NCBI GenBank assembly: GCA_964398815.1
Contig: CAYNNZ010000001.1
Location: 1 to 51,070 of the forward strand
DNA: 51,070 nucleotides
From: an uncultured Candidatus Saccharibacteria bacterium
Lineage (GTDB): Bacteria > Patescibacteriota > Minisyncoccia > Phycocordibacterales > Phycocordibacteraceae
Direction: 5' to 3'
Shown: one piece after another, positions 43,667 to 51,064 of the stretch
Numbering within the stretch: position 1 is the first letter of the stretch
Layout: each line of letters begins with the position of its first letter
Position numbers and translations under genes: made by a program
The notes under the pieces: generated by a model
The model's database searches: none
Told to the model about the DNA's origin: nothing
The model's input: only the letters and a program-made list of their open reading frames with translations

Positions 43667-44374
43667 TTATTTTCCGTGCCGGCGCTCACGGTCGGCATAT
43701 TCGGCAAGAATTGCGTCGAAGTCCTCTCGAGTAAATCCTGGAAGCTTTGCATTTGGGAAAAAGAACTCGCTATACACCGACTGCCACGTAAGGAAATTTG
43801 AAAGGCGATGCTCCCCTCCCGTACGGATTATCAAATCGGGATCCAGGAGCCCAGCACTCCACATGGCGGAACGGAACTGCTCTTCATCCACTTCCTTTGC
43901 ACCTTCGGCAAGTAACTTATTTACTGCCGCAAGTATCTCGGGTCGCCCACCGTATGAAAGTGCGATAGCGACCACACCCCTATCGCCTGATTTACTTTTT
44001 TCTTCAGCATCATTCATCAGCTGTTGCAGATCGGCGGGCAAACGGTCCCGCTGTCCGATGAACCTCAATTGTTTACCTTTCTTGAGGACTTCCTCAAGGT
44101 AATCACCGAACGCATGCTTAAAGATTCCCATCAGGTATGACACCTCTTCCTCGGAGCGATTCCAATTCTCGGTCGAGAACGCATACAGCACGACTTCCTT
44201 TATTCCGGCCTCATCCGCCCATTCAAGAATCTCTTTGGTCTTTTCGAAGCCTCGGCGGTGACCCTCGAAACTGGGCAGGCCGTTCTCTTTCGCCCACCGA
44301 CGATTACCATCGAGAATAATACCGATTGATGCCGGGACCTTACCCATACGCAATGTGGAAGTTTTTGAACTCAC
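43667..44374 (-). CDS. uppS: undecaprenyl-diphosphate synthase (cis-isoprenyl transferase)
   Basis: GIILDGNRRWAKENGL...GH..G, plus the ..RTGGEHRLSNFLTWQSVYSEFFF.. motifs. The start may be the internal ATG at 44347. Confidence 0.93.
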   Translation of the reverse strand: MSSKTSTLRMGKVPASIGIILDGNRRWAKENGLPSFEGHRRGFEKTKEILEWADEAGIKEVVLYAFSTENWNRSEEEVSYLMGIFKHAFGDYLEEVLKKGKQLRFIGQRDRLPADLQQLMNDAEEKSKSGDRGVVAIALSYGGRPEILAAVNKLLAEGAKEVDEEQFRSAMWSAGLLDPDLIIRTGGEHRLSNFLTWQSVYSEFFFPNAKLPGFTREDFDAILAEYADRERRHGK

Positions 44375-44618
44375 CTGTTGCAGACTGCCACTCAGGACTC
44401 ACGTGTTCGACTCGGGCGAGTAGTGGCCCCTTCCCGAGTTTTCCAAGCAGTTTTTCAAGTGCCGGGCGCGGACCTTCCGCAATAACCTCGACAGTACCGT
44501 CAGCGAGATTGCGAACTTGTCCCGTAAGCTTGAGGCCGCTCGCCTTCCTCTGGGTGAAGTCGCGGAACATAACCAACTGCACCCGTCCGGAGACAATAGC
44601 GAAAAGCCGTTCGTTCAT
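44340..44618 (-). CDS. acyP: acylphosphatase
   Basis: 92 aa: VSGRVQLVMFRDFTQRKASGLKLTGQVRNLADGTVEVIAEG matches the acylphosphatase signature (V.G.VQGV.FR ... G.V.N..DG.V). Confidence 0.88.
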   Translation of the reverse strand: MNERLFAIVSGRVQLVMFRDFTQRKASGLKLTGQVRNLADGTVEVIAEGPRPALEKLLGKLGKGPLLARVEHVSPEWQSATGEFKNFHIAYG

Positions 44619-44698
44619 AACAATAAGAACCTAGCATACATTCTGGAGGTTGCTTCAAAAAGAGACTCTTTTGCGATAAGGTGCGTAGGTGCCCGAAA

Positions 44699-44771
44699 GG
44701 GCGCTTAGCTCAGTTGGTAGAGCGCCCCGTTTACACCGGGATGGTCAGAGGTTCGAGTCCTCTAGCGCCCA
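44699..44771 (+). tRNA. tRNA-Val (TAC)
   Basis: Acceptor GGGCGCT/AGCGCCC, D arm GCTCAGTTGGTAGAGC, anticodon loop TTTACAC, T arm AGAGGTTCGAGTCCTCT. Confidence 0.9.
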
Positions 44772-44774
44772 CAA

Positions 44775-44808
44775 ATTGAAAATCCGCTCACATGAGCGGA
44801 TTTTCAAT
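44775..44808. terminator. bidirectional intrinsic terminator between tRNA-Val and tRNA-Leu(CAG)
   Basis: ATTGAAAATCCGCTC-ACAT-GAGCGGATTTTCAAT, a 15-bp perfect stem. Confidence 0.85.
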
Positions 44809-44812
44809 TCCT

Positions 44813-44897
44813 TGGTGGGCATGGAGGGACTCGAACCCTCAAGGATTGCTCCATACGCTTCTGAGGCGTACGCGTATACCAATTCCGCCACATGCCC
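44813..44897 (-). tRNA. tRNA-Leu (CAG), CCA encoded
   Basis: GGGCATGTGGCGGAATTGGTATACGCG..., anticodon loop CTCAGAA, long variable arm, T arm GAGGGTTCGAGTCCCTC, 3' CATGCCCACCA. Confidence 0.88.
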
Positions 44898-44919
44898 GTA
44901 GCACGAGATTACCATTTAG

Positions 44920-44991
44920 TGCCCTCGCCAGGAATCGAACCTAGATCTACGGCTTAGAAGTCCGCAGCTTTATCCATTAAGCTACGAGGGC
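44920..44991 (-). tRNA. tRNA-Arg (TCT)
   Basis: GCCCTCGTAGCTTAATGGATAAAGC..., anticodon loop CTTCTAA, T arm CTAGGTTCGATTCCTGG. There is one A-G mismatch at the base of the anticodon stem. Confidence 0.8.
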
Positions 44992-45008
44992 TTTAGTACC
45001 CTAACGCA

Positions 45009-45320
45009 CTATTTGGAAGGGTCAACGAAATGATAGTCCGTTTGATAGTGCGCACGTTCTGCGGCGCGAGTAAGGAATACTTCCCGTACGGTATCGAGTG
45101 ATGCGGTGTTCACCGTACCGGCCGCAGTTCCTACCGGTCCTAATATGTCGCTTGCGCTCGTTCGCTCGAATAAGTAATAACTCCAGCCCGCGCTTCCTGC
45201 GAGCAGGAGGAGAGCGACGGCGATTACGATGAACCAATCACGCAACGGACGCACTTGGTCGCCATAAGAAAATCGCGAGAGTCCTTTCTGAAAACGCTCG
45301 AGTAGGTGCTTGGGGTTCAT
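45009..45320 (-). CDS. small membrane-anchored protein, last gene of the pilMNO cluster (hypothetical)
   Basis: ATGA overlap with the upstream gene; one TM helix (WFIVIAVALLLLAGSAGWSYYLF). Confidence 0.7.
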   Translation of the reverse strand: MNPKHLLERFQKGLSRFSYGDQVRPLRDWFIVIAVALLLLAGSAGWSYYLFERTSASDILGPVGTAAGTVNTASLDTVREVFLTRAAERAHYQTDYHFVDPSK

Positions 45321-45859
45321 GGTTTGGTTGAGGATGCGGAACGAATTCCGACTGAGTACACGGCTGCGGCCGTCCACTGCGGCGTTCCCTTCGGGTCGTT
45401 CGTGGCAGTGTCGAGCGATAAGTTAGTGATGACCCCATCATACGGTCCGTATTCAATCGCACCGAGTGTGCGCACTACCGCATCGAATGACCCAGTTATG
45501 GAAATAGATAGCGCGATGCGCGCATGCTTGCCATCTTGCACGTCGCCCACCGACAGCACATCTACCTTCGAGCCGAGCGGACGCCCTACGCCCTGTATCG
45601 ATTCGAGGAATGGCACCACATCTGCCTTGCGGATGGAGTACTGATCCAGTGTTTCTTCGTCTGCCGACAGGCTTGCGAGCGCAGCATGTGCTCGGGCAGC
45701 CTTCGCTAGTTCGAGATTTTTCTTCCCTATCTCGGTACCGAGCTCTTCTGCCTTCGCTTCTTGTCGGTTGAGGAGGTAATAGCCACCACCATAAAGGCCG
45801 CCCGCAATAAGCAGTGTGAGAAGAGCCGTTATGAGCGGTATGAGTGTGCGTGTATTCAT
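45317..45859 (-). CDS. PilO-like type IV pilus assembly protein
   Basis: TM helix, coiled coil, then an alpha/beta domain. ATGA overlap with pilN. The call rests on position and architecture. Confidence 0.7.
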   Translation of the reverse strand: MNTRTLIPLITALLTLLIAGGLYGGGYYLLNRQEAKAEELGTEIGKKNLELAKAARAHAALASLSADEETLDQYSIRKADVVPFLESIQGVGRPLGSKVDVLSVGDVQDGKHARIALSISITGSFDAVVRTLGAIEYGPYDGVITNLSLDTATNDPKGTPQWTAAAVYSVGIRSASSTKP

Positions 45860-46416
45860 GGCGCGAGAGTTCCGGTAAGCGTTATCACGAATGGAATTGA
45901 GGTTTCCTTCGCATACGCACTTATCGGGAGGTCAGCATTTGAGACAAACGGCAGTGCGGAAAGCACGTCTACGTATGCACGGAGGGTCTGGCGTGTCGCT
46001 GCCGTGCCTTTAAGCGTCATCTTCCCATCTGCCTTCTGTTTGGCTGGGTCAAAAATAACTGCAGTAAGGGTGATGCCTGGTCGCGGCGCGGCAAGCACGC
46101 CACGCAAAGCCGCCGTCGCTGATGAGGAGCTGGCGAGGCGCGCAAGATACGAAACATTATCGGTAAGTGCCGCGAGACGTGCGTTTGTCTCCTTACCACC
46201 TGTTGCCGCAAGTTGGGTATCTAGTTCCGCTAGGCGGTTCTGCCGTGCTTGAATTTCCTGTCCTAAGTAGAGATAGCTCGGAATGAGCAGTGCCCCACTA
46301 CCGATAACTACCGCCGCGAGCGCCGCAATTGCGGTGGTGGCAAGACGTAAGAAATACTCGCGCTTCAATGTCACGAGGCGTTCCGGCGGAAGAAGATTAG
46401 TAAGTTCAGTCTGCAT
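45856..46416 (-). CDS. pilN: PilN-like type IV pilus assembly protein
   Basis: Conserved N-terminal LLPPERLVTLKREYF motif, then a TM helix and a coiled coil. Lies downstream of pilM. Confidence 0.75.
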   Translation of the reverse strand: MQTELTNLLPPERLVTLKREYFLRLATTAIAALAAVVIGSGALLIPSYLYLGQEIQARQNRLAELDTQLAATGGKETNARLAALTDNVSYLARLASSSSATAALRGVLAAPRPGITLTAVIFDPAKQKADGKMTLKGTAATRQTLRAYVDVLSALPFVSNADLPISAYAKETSIPFVITLTGTLAP

Positions 46417-47533
46417 GATGAGGTACGTATTCCCGTAGCGCGAGACCTATGGCGGTCGCATAGGCGAGCGATTCCATGTAATCCACGGGTGGCAGCCAAT
46501 CATCGCGCTTCGCGAGATTAGTGAACACATCGCCCAGCTCGACCGGGACTTTGAGCGACGTCTCTAGATACTCCGGAAGTCCTCGCACGGTCGCATTCCC
46601 TCCTACTAAGACCGCTCGTGTCACCGGTTCGTGCGGCGTCCCCGCCTGTGCGCGACTCTGCCAATATTCAAGGCGCTTAACTATTTCCTCGCGTATTACA
46701 GAAACGGTCGAAAGCATGGCGGCGAGATACTCCTGATTGTCGTCGCTCGCGACCAGTCCACGTTCCGCCTTCACTTTCTTCGCCTCCTCCTCACTTACAT
46801 TGAAATATTTCTGCACGGCAACAGTGAGCGCATGCCCCCCGATATCAAGCGTCGTAGCAAAGACAGGAATGCGATGAGACACCACGGCGAGTTTTGTAGT
46901 TGTCTTACCGAGGTCGATGATGAGAATGGTTTCATTGTCCCCGTGCGGCAAAAGTGCGCGTGGAAGCGCGAACGTTTCTCCCTCGATGGCATTCACACGA
47001 ATACCCGCCTCATCAAATACTGAGAGCGCGAGTTCGACTACGCGGCGCGCGACACCGACGCCGGCCACGTGCGTCGTCTCGGAGGGTGTGCCAAGCGGCA
47101 CGATATCGAAAATAACTTCGGGCGGAGGAATAGGAACGTGCTCGTCGAGATGTTGTTCGACACCCGTGCGCCATTCTTTTGCGGTTTTCCCTGTCACATC
47201 TGCTTCAAAGAGGTAGCTGCGCGCTTCCGGGAGCGTTATGTTTGCATTGCGTATCCCGTGCTTACGAGCAATCTCCTTGAGGGCAGCAACCACCGTCTCC
47301 CCATTCATGATCTCCCCGCCGACAATGGCGCCCTCTGGGAGTGGCACGTCTGCGTATTCACTAAGCTCGAGGCCATGGGTGCGCTCTTTGAGGCAGGCAA
47401 TCTTAATTCCGCTTGCGGAGACGTCTATGCCTGCCGCAGGAAACGAGAGGTAGCGCGGAGGCGCGAACTCGGTGCGCAAGAATCGATTGAACCCACCTTT
47501 CATAGGCATCAGTATACCGTGCACCGCCCTCAC
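46406..47533 (-). CDS. pilM: type IV pilus assembly ATPase-like protein PilM
   Basis: Actin-like fold: GIDVSASGIKIACLKE..., LIIDLGKTTTKLAVV..., DIGGHALT... The start codon is uncertain (several N-terminal Met). Confidence 0.88.
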   Translation of the reverse strand: MRAVHGILMPMKGGFNRFLRTEFAPPRYLSFPAAGIDVSASGIKIACLKERTHGLELSEYADVPLPEGAIVGGEIMNGETVVAALKEIARKHGIRNANITLPEARSYLFEADVTGKTAKEWRTGVEQHLDEHVPIPPPEVIFDIVPLGTPSETTHVAGVGVARRVVELALSVFDEAGIRVNAIEGETFALPRALLPHGDNETILIIDLGKTTTKLAVVSHRIPVFATTLDIGGHALTVAVQKYFNVSEEEAKKVKAERGLVASDDNQEYLAAMLSTVSVIREEIVKRLEYWQSRAQAGTPHEPVTRAVLVGGNATVRGLPEYLETSLKVPVELGDVFTNLAKRDDWLPPVDYMESLAYATAIGLALREYVPHHAD

Positions 47534-47574
47534 GCTTACGCGCCTTGATGAACGAGCCGGTGAAAACGCGTACG

Positions 47575-47916
47575 CTAGTGAGCGCTGGTGCCTGGCGGAA
47601 CCGTGCGATCAGGAGTGAGAAATGCGAATGAGTCCCCCTCCCCTACTGCAAAAAGCATTCCGTTGCTTTCGAGGCCTGCGAGTGCGCGCGGTTCGAGATT
47701 CGTGACGAACGCGAGCTGTCGCTCGATAAGTGACCCAGGTTCCTCGACGTACTTCGCGATGCCGGAGACGATTTGGCGTGGTCCTGCCTCCTCTCCGAAA
47801 TCGACCGTGAGCCGAAGCAGCTTATTGCTGTCAGGTACGCGCTCCGCGGTCTTAACGGTTCCGACCTTGACCTCTATCTTTGCAAACTCATCGATATTAA
47901 TCCGCTCTTTTTCCAT
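47575..47916 (-). CDS. stand-alone tRNA-binding domain protein (CsaA/Trbp111-like, MetRS C-terminal domain homolog)
   Basis: IDEFAKIEVKVGTVKTAERVPDSNKLLRLTVDFGEEAGPRQIVSGIAKYV...LAFVTNLEPRALAGLESNGMLFAV. Start is at ATG 47916; the 198-aa ORF-track version is over-extended. Confidence 0.85.
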   Translation of the reverse strand: MEKERINIDEFAKIEVKVGTVKTAERVPDSNKLLRLTVDFGEEAGPRQIVSGIAKYVEEPGSLIERQLAFVTNLEPRALAGLESNGMLFAVGEGDSFAFLTPDRTVPPGTSAH

Positions 47917-48304
47917 GATGGGAGAGAAAACTGGTAAGAATAAGCGCTGCCGCTGATGCGTCGACGTTTCCACGATTATGGGAGTGCACGCCCTCGAAGT
48001 CGCGCTTTGCTTCCTGCGTCGTGAGGAGTTCTGGCTCATAGAACACGGAAATACCTGTGCGCTCTGAAAGTTCGTCCCCAAGTGCGCGGGCAGCGTTCGC
48101 AATCGGGTTCTGGTTTCCTGAAAAATCCCTGGATTCCCCAATGACAATGCCCTCGATGTGTTCTTCTTCAACGAGAAGCACGAGCGCGTCAGATAACTTT
48201 GAATCGTTTGGGACGATTTCGAACGGAAACCCCATGGTCCCCGCCTCGTCGGAGAATGCGAGCCCTACCTTCTTGGTTCCGTAGTCTATGCCGAGATACC
48301 GCAT
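47897..48304 (-). CDS. ruvX: Holliday-junction-resolvase-like pre-16S rRNA nuclease YqgF/RuvX
   Basis: MRYLGIDYGTKKVGLAFSDEAG...IEGIVIGES......DERLTT-like (ELLTTQEAK). Confidence 0.9.
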   Translation of the reverse strand: MRYLGIDYGTKKVGLAFSDEAGTMGFPFEIVPNDSKLSDALVLLVEEEHIEGIVIGESRDFSGNQNPIANAARALGDELSERTGISVFYEPELLTTQEAKRDFEGVHSHNRGNVDASAAALILTSFLSHHGKRAD

Positions 48305-48352
48305 ATGAGCATCCTACACGTCAGATTGCTGGCATGCTATACAACATACGAC

Positions 48353-48437
48353 GGAGGAGTGGCAGAGTGGTCTATCGCACCTGTCTTGAAAACAGGAGTG
48401 CCGCAAGGTACCGTGAGTTCGAATCTCACCTCCTCCG
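48353..48437 (+). tRNA. tRNA-Ser (TGA)
   Basis: Acceptor GGAGGAG/CTCCTCC, D arm GCAGAGTGGTCTATCGC, anticodon arm CCTGT-CTTGAAA-ACAGG, long variable arm, T arm GTGAGTTCGAATCTCAC, discriminator G. Confidence 0.9.
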
Positions 48438-48443
48438 CAAATG

Positions 48444-48473
48444 AACACCGCCCGTTGGGCGGTTGTTTTATTT
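48444..48473 (+). terminator. intrinsic terminator after tRNA-Ser
   Basis: ACCGCCC-GTT-GGGCGGT followed by TGTTTTATTTG. Confidence 0.75.
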
Positions 48474-48475
48474 GT

Positions 48476-48606
48476 GGAGGAGAGTTCAGCTGGGGGCTGA
48501 ACGTGTGAGATTCGAAGATGTTGTGAGTATTTTGCGGAGCAAAATCCACAACGTGTACTGAAACTGTAAGTTTCGAAAGCGTAATCGCGTTCTCACCTCC
48601 TCCGCA
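48476..48606 (+). ncRNA. tRNA-Ser-derived structured element (acceptor-like helix + hairpin + long split T-arm), not a canonical tRNA
   Basis: GGAGGAG (48476-48482) pairs with CTCCTCC (48597-48603). The 3' 16 nt TCTCACCTCCTCCGCA are identical to the tRNA-Ser 3' end. Internal helices are GTTCAGC/GCTGAAC, GTGAGA/TCTCAC, TTCGAA/TTCGAA, GTTGTG/CACAAC and ATTTTGC/GCAAAAT. Confidence 0.5.
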
Positions 48607-48652
48607 GAGACAACGAGCCGGACACAAAAGTGTCCGGCTCGTTGTCTTCGGA
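48607..48652 (+). terminator. strong intrinsic terminator after the tRNA-like element
   Basis: AGACAACGAGCCGGACAC-AAAA-GTGTCCGGCTCGTTGTCT, followed by TCGG. Confidence 0.75.
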
Positions 48653-48684
48653 AAAGTGACAGACCCGGAAATTCGTCTGGCCTT

Positions 48685-49116
48685 GTGGGGTTTTTAACTC
48701 GAAAATACCTGCCTTCCCCAGACATGAGACTGGCCAGGGATATACTTAGGGCTATGCCACGCAGACGTCCGCTCGCCATTACCCTTATCTGCATCATGGA
48801 ATTTGTCACGACCCTGATCATGATTGGGCTCGCCATATTGATACTGTTGTTCACGAGCCCTAAGGAATCTTTGGTATGGAGCACGTTTTATCTCGCAGCA
48901 ATGGGTATTGCCGGATTTCTCAACGCTCTCGATCTATGGAAAATGAATAGGCGAGCAGTTATCGTCTATACCCTCCTTTTGTTTTGTGACTATGGCTACC
49001 TTGGCTTTTCTGGAGAGAGAAATGTTCTTGCGTTTGTAATGCCATTTCTTCCACTAGCGCTTTTATGGTGGTATTACCGTTCAATGCAGAACAATGATTC
49101 TTCGCATGCAAGGTAA
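48685..49116 (+). CDS. multi-pass membrane protein, hypothetical (lower-GC islet)
   Basis: 143-aa ORF with 4 predicted TM helices. The region is visibly more AT-rich than its surroundings. The start is uncertain. Confidence 0.65.
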   Translation: MGFLTRKYLPSPDMRLARDILRAMPRRRPLAITLICIMEFVTTLIMIGLAILILLFTSPKESLVWSTFYLAAMGIAGFLNALDLWKMNRRAVIVYTLLLFCDYGYLGFSGERNVLAFVMPFLPLALLWWYYRSMQNNDSSHAR

Positions 49117-49657
49117 CAACTCGTCTCAGGAATCGATACGGTCAGAAAAGCGCCCGGCAACTGAATGGGTGATGATGCAAATTTTCTTTTCCATTGTTTT
49201 CTCAGGATTAATTACAGCACTCGTGTGGGCACTGGTTTATACAGCACTGGGGCGCGGTATATGGTTTCACTCCCATACCTTCTTCATGCAGACCTGGGCA
49301 CAAATTTTTCATCTTCCCAGCGATTACTTCGCGATCTCAATCATGATGGGTATTGTTTTTGTTGTCGTGTTCGCAATTTCTTTTGTTCACTTGCTCACCT
49401 CATGGAAGCAGGAATACTTTGAATTTAGTCCGCACTTTTTATTCATCGCCAGGGGTCCCACCATCATTGATGAGCACAGAATTCCTTACGAAGAAATAGA
49501 ATTAGTCACCATACAGGCAGGTACCGTAGCAAGATTGTGTGGAATCGCCTCGCTGGTAGTTACATACCCAAAAGGTGAAGCTCGGATTGTGGGTCTTTCG
49601 AGAAAACAAGCAGAAGACATCGCCGAGCAACTCAAGAAACAAATTGCCAAATCCTAA
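49094..49657 (+). CDS. membrane protein with a bacterial PH-like (YdbS/YdbT, DUF304-type) domain
   Basis: Two TM helices, then ...FIARGPTIIDEHRIPYEEIELVTIQAGTVARLCGIASLVV..., which resembles the membrane-flanked PH domain. An alternative start at 49172 would avoid the overlap. Confidence 0.65.
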   Translation: MILRMQGNNSSQESIRSEKRPATEWVMMQIFFSIVFSGLITALVWALVYTALGRGIWFHSHTFFMQTWAQIFHLPSDYFAISIMMGIVFVVVFAISFVHLLTSWKQEYFEFSPHFLFIARGPTIIDEHRIPYEEIELVTIQAGTVARLCGIASLVVTYPKGEARIVGLSRKQAEDIAEQLKKQIAKS

Positions 49658-50388
49658 ACTCCTGCCAATCGAATAACGACGTACATGACCGCGATACCGA
49701 ACGCGGTCATTGCTGTGGTAATGCGATTCGGGTGCGCGTGATGACTTTCAGGTATCAAATCGCTCGCGCCGATGTACAGGAAGAATCCTGCGAAGAGCGC
49801 GAGCAGAAGTCCGAGTATGTCCTGCGGGACCGTAAAGAATAGGGTCGCCACCATACCGAGAACAGGCGCAAGCGAATCAATAACAAGCCACTTAATTGCC
49901 TGGAGACGCGTGCCGCCGTTTTTGAGTATGAGATTCACCGTATTGATTCCGTCCGAGAAGTCGTGTGTAAGCACTGCGACTGCGACCACCGTACCGACAA
50001 CTGGTGAAATCTGGAACGCGAGGCCGATACCGATACCATCGAGAAAGCTGTGAAATGAAAGGCTCCCTGCCCCGAATCCACCACGGTGGGTATGACCGTC
50101 ATCAGCGTCATGGCTATGCATGAAAAGCATGCGATCGAGCACGAGATAGACCACGAATCCGAGCGCGGTAAGCGCAAGTATGTCGGAGACAGAATGCACA
50201 TCTCCTGCAAGCTCGATAGCCTCAGGCAACAAGTCGAAGAATGCGACGCCGATAATCGCTCCAGCTGAAAAACCAAGGATGAGATGCAGTCGGTCACGAA
50301 GACGAAGGGCAAACAATCCGCCAAACACCGTTGCAGCGAATGCCCCGACCGCTATGAGATAAATCATGGGCACAGTATACGCCTTCAT
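49654..50388 (-). CDS. ZIP-family divalent metal transporter (ZupT-like)
   Basis: 244 aa, 8 TM helices, with the signature SFHSFLDGIGIG and HDFSDGINTV. Confidence 0.88.
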   Translation of the reverse strand: MKAYTVPMIYLIAVGAFAATVFGGLFALRLRDRLHLILGFSAGAIIGVAFFDLLPEAIELAGDVHSVSDILALTALGFVVYLVLDRMLFMHSHDADDGHTHRGGFGAGSLSFHSFLDGIGIGLAFQISPVVGTVVAVAVLTHDFSDGINTVNLILKNGGTRLQAIKWLVIDSLAPVLGMVATLFFTVPQDILGLLLALFAGFFLYIGASDLIPESHHAHPNRITTAMTAFGIAVMYVVIRLAGV

Positions 50389-50432
50389 AGAGAGCCGTAA
50401 CGCACACCGCTGGTGCTATCATATTCATACAT

Positions 50433-50906
50433 ATGCCGCGCGGCGTTGTTTTCGAATGGATGGGCCGAAACTACACCTTCGAAGAGAAGGGGTCTGATTG
50501 GTATTGGGCACTTGGCATCATCGCAACCGCTGCAGTCATCGCCTGCATTCTCTTCGGCAACGTCATCCTCGCACTCGTAGTAGCAGCGGGCGCAGGTGCA
50601 CTCGCACTCGAGGCAGCGAAAGCACCCCGCGAGCATTACTTCGCCATCACTGAGCGCGGAGTAGTGATAGACGAAAGCCTCTATCTCTATAAGGACATGC
50701 TCTCGTTCGCGGTGATGGAGTACGCAGACGAGACGCTTCCTCCTTCCCTTTCCATCAGGACCAAGCACCTTTTTGCGCCGCACCTCATGATTCCCATCGT
50801 GAATCATGACCCTGTGCAGATTTATGACTTCTTCCTCGCGCAGGTGCCGCTCGGCGAACACCACGAGTCTGTCTTCGACCATCTCATCGAGATGCTTCGT
50901 CTTTAG
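50433..50906 (+). CDS. membrane protein, hypothetical
   Basis: 157 aa with two TM helices after a short N-terminus and a globular C-terminal half. Confidence 0.7.
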   Translation: MPRGVVFEWMGRNYTFEEKGSDWYWALGIIATAAVIACILFGNVILALVVAAGAGALALEAAKAPREHYFAITERGVVIDESLYLYKDMLSFAVMEYADETLPPSLSIRTKHLFAPHLMIPIVNHDPVQIYDFFLAQVPLGEHHESVFDHLIEMLRL

Positions 50907-50916
50907 TTTACAAATG

Positions 50917-50988
50917 TGCTCCCAGCAGGAATCGAACCTGCATTTGCCCCTTCGGAGGGGGCTGTCCTATCCATTGAACGACGGGAGC
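50917..50988 (-). tRNA. tRNA-Arg (CCG)
   Basis: GCTCCCGTCGTTCAATGGATAGGAC..., anticodon arm GCCCC-CTCCGAA-GGGGC, T arm GCAGGTTCGATTCCTGC, acceptor GCTCCCG/CTGGGAGC with the 3'-proximal pairs slightly irregular. Confidence 0.85.
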
Positions 50989-51011
50989 GTGAGCACACTG
51001 TAACAAAAGTG

Positions 51012-51064
51012 GTGCTCTCGGTAAGCTTTCCAGAAGAAACGATAGCGTTGTGCTCTCGGTAAGC
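51012..51064. repeat. 15-nt direct repeat GTGCTCTCGGTAAGC x2 (period 38 nt) at the window edge
   Basis: Exact copies at 51012-51026 and 51050-51064, upstream of tRNA-Arg(CCG). The window ends 6 nt later. Confidence 0.5.

Noticed and set aside
47917-48171. N-terminal 85 residues of the 198-aa ORF upstream of the CsaA-like domain
   Set aside because: It overlaps the ruvX coding sequence. The translation is Arg/Ser/Thr-rich and non-homologous, and domain homology starts at MEKERINIDEF.
48438-49660. Intact integrative element or prophage at tRNA-Ser, and likewise at tRNA-His (40555-40738)
   Set aside because: No integrase, excisionase or phage-like gene is present. The repeats are only ~150 nt apart and both lie on the same side of the lower-GC genes. 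I reported them as remnants or structured modules instead.
51012-51064. CRISPR array at the window end
   Set aside because: - Only two 15-nt repeats are visible.
- The repeats are shorter than typical CRISPR repeats.
- There are no cas genes anywhere in the window.
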